Assembly (NCBI GenBank): GCA_913065105.1
Contig: CAJXZZ010000027.1
Coordinates: forward strand, 1-34,635
Direction of reading: 5' to 3'
Source of the DNA: an uncultured Gammaproteobacteria bacterium
GTDB lineage: Bacteria > Pseudomonadota > Gammaproteobacteria > SZUA-229
DNA: 34,635 bases
The notes under the pieces: generated by a model
Databases searched by the model: none
The model's input: the letters and a program-made list of their open reading frames with translations, nothing else
Told to the model about the DNA's origin: nothing
Part shown: positions 29,462-34,635 of the stretch, piece by piece
How positions within the stretch are numbered: the stretch's first letter is position 1
Layout of the letters: every line of letters starts with the position of its first letter
Program-made: the position numbers and the translations under genes

Positions 29462-29526
29462 CGCCTAACGTTTAAGTTAAGAGGCGCGACGCTTTTTCCG
29501 CGTCACGCTTAAACGCATTGTTATGC
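29462..29526 (-). mobile_element. attC-like site (b), ~64 bp
   Basis: In ORF sense: GCATAAC … aatgcgtttaagcgtgacgcgg aaaaa gcgtcgcgcctcttaacttaaac … GTTAGGC. Imperfect palindrome. Confidence 0.6.
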
Positions 29527-29532
29527 GCTTTT

Positions 29533-30012
29533 TTAGTGTTGATGTTCGTCACTTTTAATTTGGAGTGCGAAGGATGGAAATTTTTTTGTCGCATATATAC
29601 TATGACAACTTACGCAAGTTTCGCCCATTTTTGCAAAGTAAAAGCCAATTAACTCAGTTTTTTTCATTTCCGATGCATGAGATAGCATGCCTGAATAATA
29701 ATGAAATTTTTCATCTAGTTCTAAAAAACCCTTAGGTAACTTTGAATGCAGTTCATGCATTTGATTCTTGGACAGGTTTTGTCTTAGTACATAGCTGTTT
29801 TCCATTTTTTTTGCTATTGGCACTATGCTGCCCCACTGACCTGATATGTATGCATTCATAATTTCTTGCATGCCCAGGTTCAGTTGAACCATTTCTTTTG
29901 AAAACAATTGTTGTAACTCAGGTGATAGTGAAGAAACGCCAACATTATGATTATCGGCATGACAAATAGGCAATAAAATAAATAATGATAATGCAACTAC
30001 TAATTTTTTCAT
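29533..30012 (-). CDS. Cassette ORF: secreted protein with C-terminal CxxCH (cytochrome c'-like candidate)
   Basis: Signal peptide MKKLVVALSLFILLPICHA. Single heme-binding-type motif ETCVSCHSIY near the C-terminus, the arrangement of class II cytochromes c. Confidence 0.55.
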   Translation of the reverse strand: MKKLVVALSLFILLPICHADNHNVGVSSLSPELQQLFSKEMVQLNLGMQEIMNAYISGQWGSIVPIAKKMENSYVLRQNLSKNQMHELHSKLPKGFLELDEKFHYYSGMLSHASEMKKTELIGFYFAKMGETCVSCHSIYATKKFPSFALQIKSDEHQH

Positions 30013-30034
30013 TTTGTACTCGTTTTATTTATGT

Positions 30035-30097
30035 GTATAACGATTTGGGTAAGGCGCGCGACGCTTTTTCGCGACGCACTTGACCCGCTTGTTAGGC
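30035..30097 (-). mobile_element. attC-like site (c), ~63 bp
   Basis: In ORF sense: GCCTAAC (contains the TAA stop of the SnoaL-like ORF) … CGGGTcAAGTGCG…CGCGCCTTACCCA imperfect palindrome with an unpaired base … GTTATAC. Confidence 0.6.
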
Positions 30098-30493
30098 ATT
30101 TTTTTGCAATAGCTCGACACCATATGAATTATCAATTGCACATAGCCATTTTCCGTTGTCGTCTTTGACATATACATAGATGGCATCACGCTCTGTTGAA
30201 TATTCTGAATCAAGTTTCTCGGGAGATTTTACAAATGTTTTGGCAAGAACCAAAGCAGTATTACCAGCTTCGATTATAACCATTCCCCCTTGTGACACTT
30301 CTAAGCTGCCATTGAAATACTCAGATATTCTTTTATGCGCCTCTTTAATGTCACTACGACCATATGCTAAGAGGCCAGGTCTTACAACTAAGGTAGCCTC
30401 ATTTGTGTAAAACTTTGCCACTGCATCAAAGTCTTTATTATTGATAGCTTGGTCAGCTGCATGTATTTCTTGTTTTAATGCTTGATGGTTCAT
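30092..30493 (-). CDS. Cassette ORF: SnoaL-like / NTF2-fold protein (DUF4440-like), ~133 aa
   Basis: Start at MNHQALK (AAGGAGG RBS upstream); the track ORF extends further to 30538. Sequence pattern typical of small NTF2-like proteins. Confidence 0.7.
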   Translation of the reverse strand: MNHQALKQEIHAADQAINNKDFDAVAKFYTNEATLVVRPGLLAYGRSDIKEAHKRISEYFNGSLEVSQGGMVIIEAGNTALVLAKTFVKSPEKLDSEYSTERDAIYVYVKDDNGKWLCAIDNSYGVELLQKNA

Positions 30494-30536
30494 ATTGCCT
30501 CCTTTGGCTTTGGTTAAATACCCCGGAGGCAGAAAC

Positions 30537-30563
30537 AAAAAACCCGCCTCTAGGGCGGGTTTT
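30537..30563 (-). terminator. Strong intrinsic terminator hairpin ~45 nt upstream of the SnoaL-like start codon, in cassette sense
   Basis: Minus sense: AAAACCCGCC-ctaga-GGCGGGTTTTTTGTTT. Confidence 0.6.
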
Positions 30564-30579
30564 AGATACTAATCAGACA

Positions 30580-30645
30580 CTAGCAAACCCACCACTCTCT
30601 TCGAATGATAATAATTTGCTGTAAGGTGGCTGCTTGTCTTTTCAT
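30580..30645 (-). promoter_or_regulatory. Putative 21-codon leader ORF (MKRQAATLQQIIIIRREWWVC) ending 17 nt before the terminator; candidate Ile-sensing attenuator
   Basis: Four consecutive Ile codons (att att atc att), a stop, then the terminator. A TTGACA-like -35 lies upstream at ~30673. Confidence 0.3.
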
Positions 30646-30691
30646 AGTTTAAATACTGGATCATTGATGAAGATGTGTCAATACTTAATTT

Positions 30692-30754
30692 GCCTAAAGT
30701 TCGAGTTAAGTGGCCGTAGCGAAGCGAAGGTCACACTTGAATGACTTGTTAGGC
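30692..30754 (-). mobile_element. attC-like site (d), ~63 bp
   Basis: In ORF sense: GCCTAAC (TAA stop of the second 4-TM ORF inside) … imperfect palindrome with an unpaired base … TTTAGGC. Confidence 0.6.
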
Positions 30755-31144
30755 ATCTGGCTTGAAACCGTCGAATTTATTACTACGACATAACCACCAA
30801 AACCCAGCAAACAGAGCGAACCATACTACGGTTCGTAAAGACATAGCGCGAAGACTGTCAACAGCAATTGAGTTACCTTCTGTGTACAGAAAGAAGATTG
30901 CTGTCAGCACGATGAGATTGAGAACGAATATAGCAGCTGCCACATACATGCCTTGTTTGATGTTTCGCCATGCGATGATACCTGCTGCGACATACACAAT
31001 ACCCATTGCTGCGTTATAGATTAGCAGCGGTCGGAAAACGATGTATCCCGGATTTGACCCGAGAAGGACACGAGTGCCTGCAAAAATGGTTAAAAGACCA
31101 AATAATACAGCTACGGTTACCAATATGTTCTGGGTGATTTTCAT
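30749..31144 (-). CDS. Cassette ORF: 4-TM small membrane protein (131 aa), possibly paralogous to 29027..29452
   Basis: Similar size and topology and weak sequence resemblance to the other 4-TM cassette protein. Confidence 0.65.
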   Translation of the reverse strand: MKITQNILVTVAVLFGLLTIFAGTRVLLGSNPGYIVFRPLLIYNAAMGIVYVAAGIIAWRNIKQGMYVAAAIFVLNLIVLTAIFFLYTEGNSIAVDSLRAMSLRTVVWFALFAGFWWLCRSNKFDGFKPDA

Positions 31145-31182
31145 TTATCAAAGTATCTATTGAGCTTTCTATTCATTAAGGT

Positions 31183-31257
31183 GCCTAACGTCACGCATAA
31201 CCGGGAATTTGTTAAGCGAAGCGTAACAAATTATCCGCGTTAATGTACTTGTTTGGC
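31183..31257 (-). mobile_element. attC-like site (e), ~75 bp
   Basis: In ORF sense: GCCAAAC … CGGATAATTTGTTACGC tt CGCTTAACAAATTCCCG (17-bp inverted arms) … GTTAGGC. Confidence 0.6.
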
Positions 31258-31258
31258 A

Positions 31259-31813
31259 TTATTTTATGCCTTTAGTTGGATTGGATATTGTTGGTTTAAT
31301 ATAATTGTTTGTCCAGCACTTATTGAAATTAACTGTTGCCTCATGAAATGATGGTATATCTTTACCATACATAGAGAATGCAATTTTATTTGTACAGTGT
31401 CTTTTAGGTGCTCGACGATTTACGCCAAGCCTGATATTAATAATGCCTTCGCCTGTTTCCATTTTTGAAGGCTGCACACTATAGCTCATGCTTCTTACGC
31501 CATTATCTAATGTATATGCACTTAACCAAGTTTGGCTTTTATTGTATTTCCCGTCGTAAAAGTATTTTACCGCTAGCGTAATGTAACTATCATTTTGTTC
31601 GGTTACTTCCCAAGATATTATTCTTGTCTCGTCTGTTTTAGTGGCAGGTGTACTATTAATAAAAATCGGCTCTTTTAGCTTAATTATTTTTACATTATCA
31701 GTATCTGGTTTGGCATCACTATAATTTATAGAGCCATTACTATCTACCCACTGGTAAATTTCAGCCGAACAAATTGGCGTTATGAATATAAGTAGTAGAA
31801 GAAAATATTTCAT
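31259..31813 (-). CDS. Cassette ORF: secreted DUF4124-domain protein (184 aa)
   Basis: Signal peptide MKYFLLLLIFITPICSA followed by EIYQWVDSNGSINYSD (hallmark YxWVDxxGxxxYSD of DUF4124). Confidence 0.7.
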   Translation of the reverse strand: MKYFLLLLIFITPICSAEIYQWVDSNGSINYSDAKPDTDNVKIIKLKEPIFINSTPATKTDETRIISWEVTEQNDSYITLAVKYFYDGKYNKSQTWLSAYTLDNGVRSMSYSVQPSKMETGEGIINIRLGVNRRAPKRHCTNKIAFSMYGKDIPSFHEATVNFNKCWTNNYIKPTISNPTKGIK

Positions 31814-31823
31814 ATTTTTATTT

Positions 31824-31908
31824 ACCTAACATTTAAAATAAGGGGTCGCCGCTTTTTGGCGGACCCTGCCCGTTTACTTTGCGGACGATCTTGATTGACT
31901 TGTTATGT
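31824..31908 (-). mobile_element. attC-like site (f), ~85 bp
   Basis: In ORF sense: ACATAAC … GGGTCCGCC aaaaa GCGGCGACCCC palindrome … GTTAGGT, then 10 nt to the ATG of the DUF4124 ORF. Confidence 0.55.
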
Positions 31909-31935
31909 ATTTAATTTTTGTGATCATTCTTCGAA

Positions 31936-32131
31936 TCATTCTACGGGTAACTGCACTTTAGAAAACTCAAAATTTTGAAGCCCTTCAAGTTTGTAAGTAT
32001 TTACTAAATATAGATCCCTCTGTGCATCAACATCTGCAGCAATATCTAATACCACCTTGTCAACAGACTGATCCTTAGGCAGTTTCTTAGCGCATCCCTC
32101 TGTATAAATAGGCAATTCTCAATGTAGGCAT
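31936..32131 (-). other. Small cassette-like ORF, ~59 aa from a TTG start, or a 64-aa protein interrupted by a 1-nt frameshift after an upstream ATG
   Basis: Minus-sense atgcctacattgaga(a)ttgcct… Frame a: MPTLRIAYLYRGMR*. Frame c: …(L)PIYTEGCAKKLPKDQSVDKVVLDIAADVDAQRDLYLVNTYKLEGLQNFEFSKVQLPVE*. Removing one A would fuse the two. Confidence 0.3.
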
Positions 32132-32286
32132 TTTTTTGTTTTAATTAGATAGCTTAATCTTCAGCCATCTTAGCAACCGCTCCCACCATGATAAAGGTGG
32201 TTCTGGTTGAGTAAATTCTGTTACCCAGATAATTCGCCGGAAAAATGCATCATCAATATTTGATTTTACGGTGCCGTAGAATTAAT

Positions 32287-32500
32287 AGCGGGCAGGCTCG
32301 ATTTTTTAAAGAATAATTGGGGTCAGAGTCGATTTATTCTATCAAAAGCAGCGATTAAATTAATTGGGGTCAGAGAACAATTGTTTCTAATATAGGTTTG
32401 TATCTAATCAAAGTGGGCAGGTCTTGATCCGTGCGTTAATAAAAATCGGGGTCAAGTCTTGAATTGTGAATTTAGTTTTATTGAGTGGGTCTCAGATCCC
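32287..32500. repeat. Cluster of five or six imperfect direct repeats containing GGGGTCAG / GGGCAGG (e.g. AATTGGGGTCAGAGTCGATTT, AATTGGGGTCAGAGAACAATTG, AATCGGGGTCAAGTCTTGAATTG)
   Basis: Copies at ~32287, 32315, 32362, 32413, 32445, 32484. No ORF of at least 60 aa on either strand. Confidence 0.5.
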
Positions 32501-32526
32501 TCTTTATTTAAAATGGAAAAGATAAA

Positions 32527-32787
32527 GTGATTAAACTGTTTGAAAGTATTGCGAAAATAATTCGGTTTGTTAAGACCCTTGTTTACGTGTTCATAACAAT
32601 GTTATTGCTGACTGCGATGTTTGGCTACTCGTATTTATCAGTTTATCTTATGTCCTTTGTCTTAATTGGAATTATGTTGGGTGTAGGATTTTTGATTATA
32701 GATTATATGTTTTCCCCAAGAGTAGGCGTTAACGGTGAAACGCTCCCGAGCAGAGTGAGGTCCAGCGCTGCTTCGAGTATTGATTAA
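32527..32787 (+). CDS. Small two-TM membrane protein (86 aa, GTG start)
   Basis: Two long hydrophobic helices. No family recognised. Confidence 0.45.
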   Translation: MIKLFESIAKIIRFVKTLVYVFITMLLLTAMFGYSYLSVYLMSFVLIGIMLGVGFLIIDYMFSPRVGVNGETLPSRVRSSAASSID

Positions 32788-32805
32788 AGGGGTCAGACCC
32801 CTTTT
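32786..32805. terminator. Perfect palindrome AAAGGGGTC-a-GACCCCTTTT (terminator-like; member of the GGGGTCAG repeat family)
   Basis: 20-bp palindrome immediately after the small membrane ORF stop. The track ORF 32780..33766 (TTG start) reads through it, so the true start of the next gene is downstream. Confidence 0.5.
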
Positions 32806-32877
32806 CAACTTCACGGCCATTGGGTGGATGTGGAAATACCCCGATCATTTGAGACAAAGCGCTTCAGGCGGTAACGA

Positions 32878-33766
32878 CATGTCTGGCAGACTACATTATT
32901 TTTTCTCATCGTTTTTTCTATGCCTTTGCATTAATTCTGCCAATGCAGATACGTTGATGCCCTTTGCTGATGCTCATATTCATTACAATTGGGATCACGC
33001 TGAAATCATTTCCGTGCAAGCGGTCGTCGAGAAACTGAAGAAAGAAAAGGTAGGTCTTACTCTGGTGTCCAGCACCCCCAGCCATTTGGCGCTTGAGCTT
33101 AGGCAGGCCGGAGGCGATTGGGTCATTCCCTTTTTTAGCCCCTATATCCATGAGTTAGGTAAGCGCGATTGGTATCTCGATAAGTCGGTTGTTAAAAAAG
33201 CGGCGGAAGGATTAGATCAGGGGCTTTATTTTGGCGTTGGAGAAATCCATTTTATGGCCGGGTTTCTGCCCAGGCCGGACAATGTCGTTTTTCTCCAGCT
33301 TATGGACTTGGCCAGGCAACATAATGTGCCGGCGCTTATTCACGTAGACGCGGCCGATGAAAGCTATTTTCTCGGTATCTGCAAAGCCCACTCGGCGGTA
33401 AAAATGATCTTCGCTCATGCGGGTGGAAATCTTAAGCCGCATCACATCAGATCTGTTCTTGAGCAGTGCCCTAATGTTTGGGTCGACTTTGCTGCACGGG
33501 ATGATTGGCGTTATGGTGGTTTGACTGACGGCAAGGGCATTTTGTTGCCAGCATGGAAGCGATTAGTGTTGGATTTTTCGGGTCGCTTTATTACCGGTAC
33601 CGACCCGGTATGGCAGGTGACGCGCACTCAGAGTTGGGATGAGCCCGATGATGGCTGGGATCACTACAAACAGTTGCACCAGTACCATCAAACGTGGCTG
33701 GCAGATTTGCCCGATGAGGTGCACAAAAAAATTGCCTGGGATAATGTCAGGCAACTCATTAATTAA
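32878..33766 (+). CDS. Secreted amidohydrolase-2 (TIM-barrel metal-dependent hydrolase) family protein
   Basis: Start at MSGRLHYFFSSFFLCLCINSANA (signal). FADAHIHY, HVDAAD, FAHAGG, VDFAARDD and TGTDP resemble the metal ligands of amidohydrolase_2 proteins. Confidence 0.7.
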
Positions 33767-33847
33767 TTGGGGTCTATTTTCTTGGTATTGTAAGCCTCTG
33801 TCGAAGTTTAGCTTTCAATTTAATAATAGTGGTAGAAGGTTGTAAGT

Positions 33848-34111
33848 ATGAATGATAAACGTAAGCATGAAAGGGTTCCGTTTACGACGGATATAAAAAT
33901 ATCCCACCCGACTATTGGCGAGAAAATCGTTAAAACTAAGGATGTTTCTGATAGTGGTGTTTTTATACTTGTTGAGCCAACTGAAATGCCGCCAATCGGT
34001 GAAGTTGTTGAAGGCCAGGTTCAGGGAGGGGAGGGTGAGATGCCAGTGTTGAAAATGAGAATCGTAAGAGTGGTAGGTGATGGCTTGGGTTTGCAGTTTG
34101 TGGATGTTTAG
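33848..34111 (+). CDS. PilZ-domain protein (c-di-GMP binding), 87 aa
   Basis: RKHERVPF (RxxxR) and DVSDSGVFI (DxSxxG) motifs. Confidence 0.75.
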   Translation: MNDKRKHERVPFTTDIKISHPTIGEKIVKTKDVSDSGVFILVEPTEMPPIGEVVEGQVQGGEGEMPVLKMRIVRVVGDGLGLQFVDV

Positions 34112-34126
34112 AAATTAATGAAAATT

Positions 34127-34148
34127 AAAGGGGTCAGCCCCCTTTTTA
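34127..34148. terminator. Terminator-like palindrome AAAGGGGTCAGCCCCCTTTTT (GGGGTCAG family)
   Basis: Follows the PilZ-gene stop. Similar copies at 32786 and 33759 (TTAATTAATTGGGGTCT). Confidence 0.4.
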
Positions 34149-34159
34149 AAGCATATTTA

Positions 34160-34635
34160 ATGATGACCGGGAAAGCTGCGTGTGTAAGATTTATAGGAAT
34201 GCCGTTGCTTGTGTTGTGCGCGGTTTTTTTATCAGGCTGCGGTGAGAGCCTCTCTCCGGAAGATCAGGTGCGAAAATATTTGGCTACTGTAGTGGCAGCC
34301 GTTGAGGCGCGTGATGTGTTGGCTGTTCGAGAAGTTGTTTCTGATAACTATAAGGATGATGCTAGCAGGACGAGGCGAGATTTGTTGAGGTTGGTTACGG
34401 GATATTTTTTACGCCACAAAAATATCTACCTTTTTAGTCAGGTGGACGAGATTAATTTTCCAGAGGTGGGTCAGTCGAGGGTAAAAATATTCGTTGCCAT
34501 GGCAGGCTCACCAATGACAGGCGCTGAGGCATTGCTTGATTTTAAAGCCGATCTTTATGAGTTTGATTTAACCTTGCAGCAAGAGGGTGGCGTGTGGCAT
34601 CTGACGAAGGCACGCTGGCAGTGGGCTGCCATTGA
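34160..34635 (+). CDS. Partial CDS (runs off the window's 3' end): lipoprotein
   Basis: MMTGKAACVRFIGMPLLVLCAVFLSGCGE… with an LSGC lipobox. No stop before the window end. Confidence 0.55.
   Translation, partial: MMTGKAACVRFIGMPLLVLCAVFLSGCGESLSPEDQVRKYLATVVAAVEARDVLAVREVVSDNYKDDASRTRRDLLRLVTGYFLRHKNIYLFSQVDEINFPEVGQSRVKIFVAMAGSPMTGAEALLDFKADLYEFDLTLQQEGGVWHLTKARWQWAAI

Noticed and set aside
31936-32520. Possibility that a degraded intI lies right of the array
   Set aside because: Six-frame inspection gives only the 59-64 aa small ORF and repeat DNA. Nothing resembles tyrosine-recombinase box motifs. An intI outside the window cannot be excluded.
32780-32877. TTG-initiated N-terminal extension of the amidohydrolase ORF, reading through the AAAGGGGTCaGACCCCTTTT palindrome
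   Set aside because: The extension spans a terminator-like palindrome and overlaps the preceding gene. The downstream ATG gives a clean signal peptide.
1-34635. Search for CRISPR arrays, tRNA or rRNA genes and insertion-sequence transposases
   Set aside because: I saw no regularly spaced short direct repeats with unique spacers, no tRNA-like cloverleaf segments, and no transposase-like ORFs. The attC-like elements differ from one another in length and sequence and are separated by genes, unlike CRISPR.

Overview
This window looks like a stretch of an AT-rich gammaproteobacterial chromosome, mostly housekeeping and accessory genes, with one cassette array. Recognisable genes include dgkA, an outer-membrane beta-barrel protein, bcp, the ABC-F ATPase yheS, phoH, a DoxX protein, an APC permease, the U32 peptidase yegQ/trhP, a flotillin-like SPFH protein and yaeQ. 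The most unusual region is ~26.4-32.1 kb. Six minus-strand ORFs are separated by six imperfect-palindromic 63-85 bp elements with RYYYAAC / GTTRRRY boundary cores. These look like integron attC sites, and several ORF stop codons sit inside the GCCTAAC core. No tyrosine-recombinase (intI) ORF is present, so this is a CALIN-like cassette array. It ends at a ~2.4 kb gene for a secreted, C-terminally anchored protein with a CLCA-type HExxHx7E zinc-metalloprotease motif and a vWA/MIDAS domain. That gene abuts the C-terminal remnant of a LysR-family gene. One cassette has an Ile-rich leader ORF and an intrinsic terminator upstream of a SnoaL-like gene. A separate GGGGTCAG-containing repeat family is dispersed over 32.3-34.1 kb. 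Other notable items are a cluster of an ALS-like TPP enzyme, a large GT-A-like protein, an Stf0-like sulfotransferase and a methyltransferase (11.8-16.6 kb). There is also a desulforedoxin-like small protein with an inserted Cys/His segment, an N-terminally truncated cfa-like gene translationally coupled to an FAD-dependent reductase, and a GCS2-type ligase overlapping an AstE/AspA-family deacylase. Coordinates of small elements are approximate (about ±2 nt).
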